A stretch of 64,000 nucleotides of DNA from the NCBI GenBank assembly GCA_964019335.1, contig OZ025651.1:372001-436000 (forward strand), written 5' to 3'. This stretch comes from Diplonema japonicum (Eukaryota > Protista > Euglenozoa: Diplonemea). Made by a program: the position numbers and the translations under genes. The first letter of the stretch is position 1, and each line of letters opens with the position of its first letter. The notes beneath the pieces were generated by a model. The model worked only from the letters and a program-made list of their open reading frames with translations, had not been told where the DNA came from and searched no databases. Positions 1-10,987 of the stretch are shown here, in pieces.

Positions 1-1329
1 CCACACAGTTTTAACTATTTTGTTGTCGATATCTTCTTGAGTCGGGCGTCTCATGGGGGTTTCGAGGAGCTTGGAGGGTTGCAGGTGGCTTAACATGTCA
101 GTGTATGCAAATCGAAGTAAAAGGCTTGTCGGGCACGCTTTCAAGCTGTCGGAGAAGACCTTGTTCGCTTCGTCATACAAATCCTTCTCGAACAGGAAAC
201 GGCTCTGGACGTACCAGAAAAGAGGGATTTTCGACATGCAGATCAAGGCTTTCTTGCACATGGTCACGATGCGGTGTTTCAGAATGGATGGTTCCACAGA
301 CATGGGGTTCGACATCTCGTGGTTGACGAGGCGGTACCACAACGCGGCCTGCTCGTGGTCCTTTGTCACGGACGACCCAAGGGTTGTGGAGACGGGTATT
401 TTAATATCAGCAGGGTAATCAACCTCCAAAGGTCTTGCGCAGTACTGAGTGTCGAGTTGCAACACAAGCGGTGCGAGTGTTTCGTTGTAGTGGTAGAGGG
501 CTCGTTCGTGGGCGGTGCGGAGCGCTTCTGTTATTTTCATGGTGCCGACGGATTTTTCCCAAGCTTGGTACGCCTTCCAGGTCTCGGGGAGGTTTTTCAT
601 GGGGATCTTCAAACGGTCGTTATACGCCTTTCGGATCTCCTGCTGCACTGAGAACTCTGACCCTCGCTTGGAGAGGAATTTGATGTAATCGTTCCACAGC
701 AGGTCGGACTCGAAGTCATTCCCGACACGGTCCAAGCAGTAGCTGTACGCCTTGCGCGTCTCCGTGAACTCTTGGTACTTTGACACATAGTCTGTGTATG
801 CCTTCCAGACAGTGACATGCTGGTACTCCCTGAGTTTTTCTCGAAAGATTTGGTCAATTTTGGTCCGGTTGTCTTCCATGGAAAAGCGGTAGTCTTCTTG
901 GATGCTTGCAACGTACCCTACTATCGCAGTGGCGCAGGCTGGGAAAATAGATAGAATGCGCTTGTACACGTCCTCCGTGTCCTCCAGCTTGTAACGTCTT
1001 AGATCTCTTAAGATGAGGTCCCACGCTTCGGAGTCCCATTCGCAGTTGCCCACCCGTTTGAAGCAGGCTTCAACGTCCGGTGCTTTCTCGTACAGGCCTT
1101 CCCCTCTCCCGGGGCCCCACTTCGCGGCCTCCACATCTTGCAGCCCGTCTGCGAGCATCTTCTCGATTTTAATCTCGGTTTTCACATCTTTCTTCTCGTC
1201 CTTCACCTCCGCAGCAGCAGGTTCCCCACCGAACCGGACCTTTTTCCGCTCGCCTTCTTCTTTTGACGGCTCCGCCTCACGCTTTGACCCGATGCCGGGT
1301 TCGATCTTGACTTCTTTTTTTACCGACAT
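1..1329 (-). CDS. CSTF3: HAT-repeat protein, CstF-77/Rna14/suppressor-of-forked-like (3' end runs off window; absent from ORF track)
   Basis: Manual translation from ATG 1329 is open to position 1: ..WDSEAWDLILRD..VYKRILSIFP..KAYSYCLDRVGNDFESDLLWNDYIKFL..IRKAYNDRLKIPMKNLPETWKAYQAWE..QAALWYRLVNHEMSNP..RIVTMCKKAL..PLFWY..LLLRFAY. Motif order matches CstF-77 HAT repeats. Confidence 0.8.
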   Translation of the reverse strand, partial: MSVKKEVKIEPGIGSKREAEPSKEEGERKKVRFGGEPAAAEVKDEKKDVKTEIKIEKMLADGLQDVEAAKWGPGRGEGLYEKAPDVEACFKRVGNCEWDSEAWDLILRDLRRYKLEDTEDVYKRILSIFPACATAIVGYVASIQEDYRFSMEDNRTKIDQIFREKLREYQHVTVWKAYTDYVSKYQEFTETRKAYSYCLDRVGNDFESDLLWNDYIKFLSKRGSEFSVQQEIRKAYNDRLKIPMKNLPETWKAYQAWEKSVGTMKITEALRTAHERALYHYNETLAPLVLQLDTQYCARPLEVDYPADIKIPVSTTLGSSVTKDHEQAALWYRLVNHEMSNPMSVEPSILKHRIVTMCKKALICMSKIPLFWYVQSRFLFEKDLYDEANKVFSDSLKACPTSLLLRFAYTDMLSHLQPSKLLETPMRRPTQEDIDNKIVKTVW

Positions 1330-1476
1330 TTTTTCTCTTTTTTTTTTTTTTTAAAGGTCCCTCCCTGTGACCTGGGGTGTTGGTAAGATAGAAGGGTCTG
1401 AGGAAGGAGTATCCCCAAAAGGGCATGTAAGTACTTGGCATTAAATCTTCTTTTTTTTCTCAAGGACACGATTTTC

Positions 1477-2164
1477 TCACGGTGCAGGGGGCACGGGGGT
1501 TACCTGAACAGTATCTTGTCCCGCTGTTTCCGGTTTTGCCTCGCTTATGTGTCTCACCTCAGTTTCTTGCATTGCGTTTGCACCCTGCTCGTGGTTTGTG
1601 TTCTGTTCTCGCTCGTGGTCCGCACCTTGCTCATGGTTAGCTTGCTCGTGGTTTTGTTGGGGGTCAGTGTCCAGAGGCTTCAGGCGTTCAACAGACACGT
1701 CCCCTTCGTGCTTCTCGGTATGTTGTTCGGGGTCAGTACTTAAGTCCCCATTACGCCTGGGTTCAAGGACTCCATCTTTCGAGTCAGGATCCCCTATTGA
1801 TTTGGCCGCCGCTTTGCTTTCCAGCGCTATTTCTGGATTCACCATATCAGGTGCAGCAGTGAGCGGGGCTGGAGTTGGTACTCGCGTTGGGGACTGGGTG
1901 AGCAGGGTTTCCTTTTTTTTTTTTTTGGAAAAAAAAAAAAAAAAAAAACACACATACCGGGCTCACTTTTGCTAGCATATGAAACAGCATGAAAAGCACC
2001 AAACTGCCAACAACCAACACTGTTATCCTGCACAGGTTGATCCTTTCAGCAGGCGCGGCACCGCCCATTATCTTTTCCCGCATACCCCCGCTTGGTGCCT
2101 GGCTTCCAGTCCTCAACCCCGCAGGTGGAGGTGTGGGTGCTCTGTATGGTCTACTCGTCGCCAT
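1477..2164 (-). CDS. Hypothetical type II membrane protein (2 exons; intron 1912-1957)
   Basis: Exon 2164-1958 carries a TM helix (ITVLVVGSLVLFMLFHML). A 46-nt GTATGT..T-run..A-run..AG intron joins it in frame (AKVSP|ETLLTQ) to the 1911-1477 ORF with HEQ repeats. 3' end uncertain. Confidence 0.6.
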
Positions 2165-3054
2165 TGTATATTGTGTTCCTTTTTTTTTTTTTCTCTTTTT
2201 CTTCCACCCAACCTAATAACTGAAAATAACACTTTTGTACGATCTCTCAAGGTAAAGAAAGGAAAGTCGAAGATTGATTTAAAAAAAAAGATTTCTTTTT
2301 TTCTTTTGCATCAAGTCCTCACTCCCATACCAAGACGAAGGCTAATAGACTATGGTTGAAATGCAGAGAACACTAATTAGCACCATAGCATGGCCATCCA
2401 TAAAGTATAAAGGGCGTGGGAACAACTAAGAGAACAAGGGAAAAAAAAAACCCCCCTCCCTTTTGAAACAAAAGTAGTTCATGAGTCTATATAGGTCCCA
2501 GTTTTTATTCCCTCTTTTTTTCCTCTTGTTGCATTCATCATTACACAAAAAGACACCCGTACAAACAAAAGGGAAAAAAAAAAAAAAAAAATAGTGATTT
2601 ATTGCCTTACCAAATTTTACCAAATTCCGAATTTTCTGAGAAGAAAAAAATTGAGAGAGAGAAAAAAAAGAAAAGAAAAACGGGTGTTAATGGTTCACTT
2701 TGGGTTTAGTCGGTCGTCTTCCTATCATATTCCTCATTTGAATCACCCACTGCCCACTGCCGCTCTCATGTTACTTGGACCAGAGTTGCTACCAATGTAG
2801 CCATGGGCGAAGAAAATGACGAAAAGTGACATATTGCATAAAGTGACAGAATCACCTGGAAAGCAACCACCTCAAAGAAGCCTTTGTCAACTTCCCGTTT
2901 TGTATTATTATTATTATTATTCTTTCGCCTGGCTACCACCGCTTCAGCGTCAGGTCTTTCTTGCAAAAGAAACAAGAAGGACAAAAGAATAAGCAAATGG
3001 CACACCAACTACGTTTTCAGGGTTTCCCACCAGAATATCCCTTTCTCTTACACT

Positions 3055-4260
3055 TTAACGATGGTCCCACGGGTTGTGTGCAAACTCGTAGTCGATGTGG
3101 ACATAGGCACGGTTCACGTCGTCGGTCTTCTCAAGAACGATCTGAAGGGACTCGCCAATGTCGTGGGACTCCCTCAGGGGCATCTCGGGGGGGAGTACAA
3201 TGTCCACCTCCACCTGGTAGCCGTCCCCACCGAGCGCCACAGCACGCACAGTGTCCACGAAGAGAATGGAAGGGTGGTGGTGGCGGGCACACCACGTGAG
3301 CTTCCTGATGACCTCGGGAGGTGCAGACCGCCCAGACAGCGCCATGATCTGCTCGTACCCCGTTGTCGCCCAGGTGTGCATGATGTAGAAGGTGATCAGG
3401 ATGGCCGCAATGGGGTCGATGCTCATGAAGCCCGAGTACACAGCCCCAAAGGCGGCCGCAAGCCCGAAGGTGTTGCTGAGGACATCGTTCCGGTGGTCCG
3501 AAGCCAGTGCCTGCAGCGAGGGGGACCCTTCCTTGTGGGCATTGCAGTACACATAAAGACCCGCCTTCACGAGAATGACGCAAGAAATGAACACGATGGA
3601 GAACACATCAACCTCGATTTCCAGGTTCTGTGCAATCAGCACATCTGCAGCGTACTTCAGAAGCTGGAAGGACGCTGTGAACATGCAAGCTGAGAAGACA
3701 AGCGTCCCGAGGGGTTCGAAGGTACGCTTGCCAAGGGGGTACTTGTGCACGTTGTTCTCGTTCACAAGCTTGTTCGTGGCCACAAGGGTCACCCCAGAGA
3801 TGAGGTCCAAAACAGAGTCCAAAAGGGAGGCAAGGAAGGCAACAGAACCCGATTTCACCACCACAACTGTCTTCGCTGCCAAGATGATGATGTTTGCAAG
3901 GAGGGACCCCCGCACCCCGAAAGTCACGTGGCTTCCCTTTTCTTCCTCGTCCTCCTCCTCCACGAGGCCCCTGCGAACACGGTCACGGACAGTGTCCATC
4001 GCAATGAAGCTGTCGATGGCCTCGTTCTGCCCGATGTAGAAGTCCTTTGTCACCTCGCTGTTCGTTCTGGTGTCCACCTTGGGCAGCTTCCCTGCCTTCC
4101 CCCCTTCGGGGTTCTCGTTAAGACAGTGGATCGGGTTCGTCACAACAGGCTGGTACCTTGCATGATGCAGCAACAGCCCCTCGTCGCAGCTGCTGGGTGT
4201 CCTCTCCAACAGCACCACGTCATCTTCACTAGAAGGCACATTCCCCACAGGCTCCGTCAT
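3055..4260 (-). CDS. Cation diffusion facilitator, Mn-CDF (MTP8-11-like) transporter, copy 1
   Basis: SLLDSVLD (DxxxD), KYPLGKRTFEPLG, DHRND, C-terminal VEVDIVLP..ESHDIGESLQ..RAYVHIDYE dimerisation domain. Confidence 0.9.
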   Translation of the reverse strand: MTEPVGNVPSSEDDVVLLERTPSSCDEGLLLHHARYQPVVTNPIHCLNENPEGGKAGKLPKVDTRTNSEVTKDFYIGQNEAIDSFIAMDTVRDRVRRGLVEEEDEEEKGSHVTFGVRGSLLANIIILAAKTVVVVKSGSVAFLASLLDSVLDLISGVTLVATNKLVNENNVHKYPLGKRTFEPLGTLVFSACMFTASFQLLKYAADVLIAQNLEIEVDVFSIVFISCVILVKAGLYVYCNAHKEGSPSLQALASDHRNDVLSNTFGLAAAFGAVYSGFMSIDPIAAILITFYIMHTWATTGYEQIMALSGRSAPPEVIRKLTWCARHHHPSILFVDTVRAVALGGDGYQVEVDIVLPPEMPLRESHDIGESLQIVLEKTDDVNRAYVHIDYEFAHNPWDHR

Positions 4261-4914
4261 GGTTGTTGTTCGCCTTATTATTATCTTTTAAGCACAAATG
4301 GGGAGTGGGGGGGTTTTTTTTTTATTTGTTTAGGCGGGTATCCTAGGGCAGCATGTAAAGATAAGAATTATTTCAGTCTTTTCGTTCGTTCCTAGAAGAA
4401 ACAACTGCAAAGTTGGCAAAACAGTTTGCTTTATTTGGAACATGTTCACATAGGCAGCCGGTGGGACAGGAAGACAGAATACGCATTCCTTTTTTTTTTT
4501 TCTTATTGTGAAGGGAGTTTTCCCCTTAAAAAAGCTTGGCTCTCCGTGCCTTCGCTTGTTGCAATTTCGTTTCGTGAAATCAACCGGACAACACCTTCAC
4601 GCCTCAAGAACCAAGGACAAAAAAAAAACCCCCCCTCGGGCCGAACATGGCAAGAAATTGGTCAGTATTGAGGGGGAATAAAGATGGAATGAAAACAGAA
4701 AAGAAATGCGTGTGAAGAAAGGAACTGAACAATTTAAAAGGGGCGGTGGGGACGTCTGAGAAAAGAGTTGCCTCCAATGCCCCCAAAAAAAATAAAAAAA
4801 TAAATACCCACAAGGTAGCCAATAATAGAGAAGTGGTTCGCACTTCGTCAATTATTTCCTATTTGCTTCGCACCAAAAATCATATCATCTCAAGAAAAGA
4901 GCGCTGTCACTTCT

Positions 4915-4917
4915 TGT

Positions 4918-4949
<32 letters not shown>
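4915..4949. repeat. (TG)n microsatellite
   Basis: Visible tgtgtgtatgtgtg... run. Confidence 0.9.
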
Positions 4950-5361
4950 TTCCCCCTTCGTATTTTCACTCGCTCTTCACTCGCTGCTGAAAGAAGCCAC
5001 AGAGCAGCACAGAGAGGCTCAAAGAGTGAATGGAAGGGTGAATCAAGCCGACCACAGCCATAAATTAACTCTCATTGTTTGTTGGTAAGGCTGTTTTAAA
5101 AAAAGAAATACACCCCCCCCCCCATATTTCGTTGTAATAATAACTACATAATAATAAATATAAAAAAAAAAAAAGAAAGAAAAAAGAGTAGCGAAGGGAG
5201 AAAAAACAGAGAACGACTTCCATTTTACTAACAGAACAAATGGGTGGGACGTCTATGATTTTCTTTTTGGAAAAACACGACAAATCAACAATTAACTGAT
5301 GACTCGTGACCTTGTGACTGCAGCATGTCGGACAGTCAACCCAGGTTCACTCAAAAAAAAA

Positions 5362-6457
5362 CTCAAAGTACAGGACAAGCCCCCCGCTAGAGGGCCGCCC
5401 TATGGGAGGGGGGGGTCTATCTGTTAATACTCCCCTTCTGGAGCATTGCTTTCATCCCGATTGTGGCTGTGAGCGTCTTGCGGAGTCGTGTGATGCGATC
5501 CCGCTTGTAGGCGGCCTTCAAATCCATCAGCTTGTCGTGCGTGGACTGGGTAGCAAAAATGGGCCTCCTGGAGAAGCCTATAGCTGCCTTTCCTCCTATG
5601 GCGATGAGGGATTTCACCCTTTTCTGCTCATCCGCTGGGAAGGGGCGTCGCTTCTTCCGTGCCCTGCACGCTGCGTTTATCTTTACGATTAGGGCCTTGA
5701 TTCTGCGTGCCCTATCTTCCAGCAGGCCTCCTAATGATTTACCGGTCGTCCATTCGAAGTCAATGGCTAGCTCCACCGCCGACACCTCCGAGGCGGTGTC
5801 CTTCTCCACCTAGCGCAGCTGTGACAACCATTGTAGCAGCGGGTTCAGGTACTGGGACAGGACCCCACCCACTCCCTCGAGCTCGCCTGCTATCGGAACG
5901 GGGCATCTCTTTCCTACTACATTTCGTTCCCACGGTAGCGGCTGTGTGTTGACGTCCTCCTTCTGCACGAGCTCCACGTCCCGCTTCTCAACCACCACGG
6001 CCAAGTATCGTTGCAGTTTTTCCAGGTATGCAAAGGCATGTCCTCTCGGCAGTATTGCGTGTAGCTCAAGACACAGGGGCCATCCCGTCCTGTCGCGCAG
6101 CGGTTCCAAACCGTCCTGTGCCAGCTCGTCCCGTGCGCAGGCACACTCGTAAAGCTGATGGCGTAGTAAGGTTACCGTGTCCGGGTGTGGTGACTCACAC
6201 AGGTCACACCTGAACCCTTGTGTGCGTGGTACTTCCGTCGTTGGGACGTGGTCTATGCTGTCCCCGTCTTCCTCGGTGCCATCTCCTTCTGGTGCCAGGG
6301 GGACGCTCCTTTGACTCGTACCTGCATGCGGGCTAAGGTAGGGGACCCCTCCGGCGATCACCCGTCTCAGGCAGTAGGACATGAGTGGGTCCTTGGCTGT
6401 CTTCCACAGTTGGTTGGTTTTGGGATCCGCTCCCGCCTCCATCCCCTTCACTGTGCT
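5362..6457 (-). mobile_element. 5'-truncated non-LTR retrotransposon copy A (ORF2 C-terminal region; internal TAG at 5810-5812)
   Basis: Roughly 90% identical by eye to 60228-61359. Protein aligns with the C-terminus of ORF 44451-48476 (GMEAGA.P.TN..W, LRR.I.G, CD.C..H.L.EC, ELAID.E.TT..SL). Flanked by A9 and A13 on the + strand. Confidence 0.85.
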
Positions 6458-6664
6458 AAAAAAAAAAAAAGAAAATCTAAGATGAAGTGTTCACTATGTG
6501 GCATAATGCGCACAGTATGGGCTGAAGAAACCTTCCTTCCGTCATACCGGAGGCCCACCGACATCAGAAAATAAAACTCGCCCAATAACGAGCCTTTTCA
6601 CAAAAACATAAAATGTCTTTTAAATTTCGCAATTGCTGTCAAATAAAATAGTTCCCTTTTCTTC

Positions 6665-7870
6665 TTAACGATGGTCCCACGGGTTGTGTGCAAACTCGTA
6701 GTCGATGTGGACATAGGCACGGTTCACGTCGTCGGTCTTCTCAAGAACGATCTGAAGGGACTCGCCAATGTCGTGGGACTCCCTCAGGGGCATCTCGGGG
6801 GGGAGTACAATGTCCACCTCCACCTGGTAGCCGTCCCCACCGAGCGCCACAGCACGCACAGTGTCCACGAAGAGAATGGAAGGGTGGTGGTGGCGGGCAC
6901 ACCACGTGAGCTTCCTGATGACCTCGGGAGGTGCAGACCGCCCAGACAGCGCCATGATCTGCTCGTACCCCGTTGTCGCCCAGGTGTGCATGATGTAGAA
7001 GGTGATCAGGATGGCCGCAATGGGGTCGATGCTCATGAAGCCCGAGTACACAGCCCCAAAGGCGGCCGCAAGCCCGAAGGTGTTGCTGAGGACATCGTTC
7101 CGGTGGTCCGAAGCCAGTGCCTGCAGCGAGGGGGACCCTTCCTTGTGGGCATTGCAGTACACATAAAGACCCGCCTTCACGAGAATGACGCAAGAAATGA
7201 ACACGATGGAGAACACATCAACCTCGATTTCCAGGTTCTGTGCAATCAGCACATCTGCAGCGTACTTCAGAAGCTGGAAGGACGCTGTGAACATGCAAGC
7301 TGAGAAGACAAGCGTCCCGAGGGGTTCGAAGGTACGCTTGCCAAGGGGGTACTTGTGCACGTTGTTCTCGTTCACAAGCTTGTTCGTGGCCACAAGGGTC
7401 ACCCCAGAGATGAGGTCCAAAACAGAGTCCAAAAGGGAGGCAAGGAAGGCAACAGAACCCGATTTCACCACCACAACTGTCTTCGCTGCCAAGATGATGA
7501 TGTTTGCAAGGAGGGACCCCCGCACCCCGAAAGTCACGTGGCTTCCCTTTTCTTCCTCGTCCTCCTCCTCCACGAGGCCCCTGCGAACACGGTCACGGAC
7601 AGTGTCCATCGCAATGAAGCTGTCGATGGCCTCGTTCTGCCCGATGTAGAAGTCCTTTGTCACCTCGCTGTTCGTTCTGGTGTCCACCTTGGGCAGCTTC
7701 CCTGCCTTCCCCCCTTCGGGGTTCTCGTTAAGACAGTGGATCGGGTTCGTCACAACAGGCTGGTACCTTGCATGATGCAGCAACAGCCCCTCGTCGCAGC
7801 TGCTGGGTGTCCTCTCCAACAGCACCACGTCATCTTCACTAGAAGGCACATTCCCCACAGGCTCCGTCAT
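6665..7870 (-). CDS. Mn-CDF transporter, copy 2 (protein identical to copy 1)
   Basis: Translation identical to 3055-4260 from ATG 7870; the upstream ORF extension is low-complexity UTR. Confidence 0.9.
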   Translation of the reverse strand: MTEPVGNVPSSEDDVVLLERTPSSCDEGLLLHHARYQPVVTNPIHCLNENPEGGKAGKLPKVDTRTNSEVTKDFYIGQNEAIDSFIAMDTVRDRVRRGLVEEEDEEEKGSHVTFGVRGSLLANIIILAAKTVVVVKSGSVAFLASLLDSVLDLISGVTLVATNKLVNENNVHKYPLGKRTFEPLGTLVFSACMFTASFQLLKYAADVLIAQNLEIEVDVFSIVFISCVILVKAGLYVYCNAHKEGSPSLQALASDHRNDVLSNTFGLAAAFGAVYSGFMSIDPIAAILITFYIMHTWATTGYEQIMALSGRSAPPEVIRKLTWCARHHHPSILFVDTVRAVALGGDGYQVEVDIVLPPEMPLRESHDIGESLQIVLEKTDDVNRAYVHIDYEFAHNPWDHR

Positions 7871-8506
7871 GGTTGTTATTTGCTTGTTTTTGTGTACTCT
7901 TTTCAGTTTTCTTTTTTTGTTTTGTTTTTTTGCAGCGAAAAAAATTTGAGGAGTAATAAAAAAGGCGGGGGAGGACAAAAAAGGGGGAAGGGGTATATAT
8001 AAAGAAATGAGCCGCCCAAAAAACTCTTTTTTTAGGTTATTATTATTGTCTTTTATGCAGAGCACGATTTGCTATTTCGAAATGCCGTCGTTTTCTTTTC
8101 TTTTTTATTGTTCTCTTTTTTTTTCCCCCTTAAAAAAACTTTTAAAAAAGAGGCTGCATCGGACAAAATAAAAAAAAAAAAAAAAAAAAAAAAACAAAGT
8201 AAAAAAACAGATACATATTTTTTTTTTTTCAGAAGGACGTGTGGCCAGGCTGTAATAAAAAAAAAAACAAAAGAAAAGGGTCGGTTTTTAGCATTTTGTT
8301 TGAGCACACGGTATAAAAAAATCCTGAGGATAAATACTGCATGTTTGCCACTACTTTTTTTTTTTTTTTCCTCTTTTTTTCCCTTGCTCTTACAAGAAAC
8401 TGAGCAGTACTTGTTAAAATACAAAAAAAAGGGGGGGGGAAAGATGGGTAATAATTGTGTTTTTTTTTGCTTCTTTTTTTTTTTTTTTTTTTTTTGAAGG
8501 CAGGGG

Positions 8507-8540
<34 letters not shown>

Positions 8541-8578
8541 ACACTCATTTTTTTTTTTTTTTTTTTTTTTTCTGTTCT

Positions 8579-10913
8579 CTATACTTCCGGATCGACATGT
8601 TTCGTGGAGGAAGGAGATCTGCGTCCCTTGCTGCCTTCACTTTTCGGGCTTTTACCCCCTTCCTGTTGCGCTCCAGTATCCTCTAGCGGCTCCTTGATTA
8701 TAAGCCGGATAGTACCGGTGTGAGAAACAAACACGACGCCAGCTCCATTTTGATGACCAATGTAGTCCGATGTCGAAAAAATAGTCAGAACTCGCGCGTT
8801 CTTCGAGACCTTCAACCCGTCTGATTTTTCCTGGTGGGCTCGGAAGATGTATTTCAGGTTGTTTGTGGACAGAAAGTCGTCGACGGCTTTGGAACCAAAC
8901 ACGATAATGCCCTGTCCTCTCGGGTTCTCGCCGAACCCGTGTTCGTTAAGACCTTCTTCTGTCTCCGCTGGGTCAGACCAACAGCAGTCTGCAGCCATTT
9001 CTCGGCATAGCTGAATTTGCGGTGGTTCTTCTGGCCCGCATTCGAAAAATGTTTCAAATCGTGGGAAATGAAATGTATCGCGCAGACGGAACATTCTGGT
9101 GTCCGCACCACCGCCGAACCTTGGGATCCCCCCGTGCGTGCAGAAAATTGTATTGTCAATGACCGCAGTCAGAGGAAGCCATTTGAATGCACCGTTAATC
9201 GCCGACCACACGTTTTCCCCAAGAATTGTCCCAAACCTCTTGTGGCACTGTGCCTTCAAAGAACCATCCCCATAAGTGCGGATGTCCCCATTGACCAAAC
9301 GATCTTCGTGGTTCCCCCGGAGCAGAAACAACGATTTTGGGGAGATCGCTTTCAATGCGAACAGCATGGCAATACACTCAATACCATGCGGACCGCGATC
9401 GACGTAGTCACCTGGGTTTTTATTTTTTTATTTTATATTTTTATTTCACTCTTCGTCATTTTCTTCACTCACTAGGGGCCTCATTATTTAACGCGAAATG
9501 GCCATTATTTAACGCGAAACGGCCATTATTTAACGCGAAATCGCCATTATTTAACTAGTTAAATAATGAGATTTTGCAGTTAAATAATGGCCCTTCAGAG
9601 TGAAAAAATGGGTCTTGTCGTGGAAAAAAATGCACCCAACCCCTTGAAAAATTTTTTTGGGGTGGGGGTATTTTGACTATTTTTGGCCATCTGAGGCCAT
9701 TCCAGCCCTTAAAAGTGGGAATAAGTGCCTTACTTCCCCTTTAAATGCCACGGCGAAATAGCTACCCTGTATTACCTTAGGAAAATCCCCAAAAAGCTGA
9801 CCTGCGTGAAAAAAAACAGCAGTGAAAGCAGTGAAGAGTGAGTGACTCAAATGACGAAGAGTGAAATAAAACGACTTACTTGCCGCCAAATGAGCCATTA
9901 TTTAACACTCGTTACCCGTTTTTTTGCACTCGGGCCCTGCGGGCCCTCGTGCAAAAAATTCGGGAACTCGAGTTAAATAATGACTCATTATTTGTTGGCA
10001 ATAAATAGTTATTTGTTGTTGCATACCCAAAAACAGGAAATTATGAGGTGTGTATTTGATGTTCTTGAACAGAACGAGCTCGGAGAGGAAGTAGTGCAGG
10101 TCTCGGAAATTTCCGTGAATGTCCCCGAAAACATAAATAGGGGACTGTAGTTGGAGCTGCAGCGGTTCGGTCTTTAAATGGCTTGTAACCTCCGCACAGA
10201 GTGCTATGAGATGCCGGCCAAACGCATCGATAGTACCTGGCCGCTTCAGGTGTTCAAAGCTGCTCGCAAATGAATGCGTGAGGTAATCATATACTGACTC
10301 TGCTACATTGCTGCCATAAGGAGACACGGCACCTCCACCGGAACCTGGATTTTTTAAATTTTCTTTTAAATTTTTTTAAAAGAGACACACCCCAGCTATC
10401 TTGGAATGCTTTTAGAGTGTGTTTTGACACAATCCCGTTCGTGTTTGTCACCCGTTTTTCCTTCAACTGTCCTTTGTTCAAGGGTGCGGGACGCCGTTTG
10501 CCTTTTTGAGGTTTTTCCTCCGGCGGGGGTTGGGGTTCTTCATTTGAAGATGGGAGGGAAGCTTCAGATCCATTGTCCTCCATTCCCTCCAGTTCTTCAG
10601 ATAACATGATATTTTCCGAGTCGCCTGGAAATTTCCCGCACACAGGTGTGTCTGCTTCTCTATTATCTATCCTGTTTCTGCTGTCCATGAACAGTTTGAG
10701 AAGTGGGACTTTCTCTGCTCTCCCTTGTTTTCCCACCATGATTACGTGGTTCGCCATTTCGTAGTTGTCCTGCTTGTTCTTCGGGCTGCTCCCCTTCAGC
10801 TTCAACGCGGAATTCTCTTCCTTCAACCGCTCGACCTCTTTCATGTAATATTGCAGCTTTGCATCGGGTTCCGTTGGGATCTCTTTTTCCTTCACTTTTT
10901 TGAAGGCCGACAT
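8579..10913 (-). CDS. PPP-family serine/threonine protein phosphatase (3 exons; introns 10345-10390 and 9412-10026)
   Basis: Motifs GDIHG, LRGNHE, HGG, WSDP, RAHQ. Splicing 10026-9412 restores FLG|DYVDRG. Splicing 10390-10345 joins the N-terminal extension in frame (DSWG|SGGGAVSPY). Confidence 0.9.
9439..9986. mobile_element. Fold-back/MITE-like insertion(s) inside the phosphatase intron
   Basis: 35-nt inverted repeats at 9439-9473 and 9837-9871 (3 mismatches); 21-bp tandem repeats at 9482-9555; separate ~95-nt imperfect hairpin at 9892-9986. Confidence 0.65.
9482..9555. repeat. 21-bp tandem repeat (CATTATTTAACGCGAAAYSGC) x3.5
   Basis: Units start at 9482, 9503, 9524 and 9545. Confidence 0.9.
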
Positions 10914-10987
10914 TTCTTTTTTTTTTCTTCTGCTTCTTTGAGATGTGGGTACAAGAAATTCAAAAAAAAAAAAAAAAAAAAAAACCT

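Noticed and set aside
5362-5380. Element 3' end CTGTACTTT resembles the 3' part of the euglenozoan spliced leader
   Set aside because: Only a 9-nt match, at the wrong end of the element; no full SL or SL RNA gene was seen in the window.
5810-5812. In-frame TAG in LINE copy A as programmed readthrough or a recoded stop
   Set aside because: Copy B has TGG at the same site, so this is a simple nonsense mutation.
8053-8723. Poly-Phe/poly-Lys ORFs here and elsewhere, and similar N-terminal ORF extensions
   Set aside because: Translations of intergenic A/T homopolymer runs.
9482-9555. 21-bp repeats as a CRISPR array
   Set aside because: Head-to-tail with no unique spacers, inside a eukaryotic intron, no cas genes.
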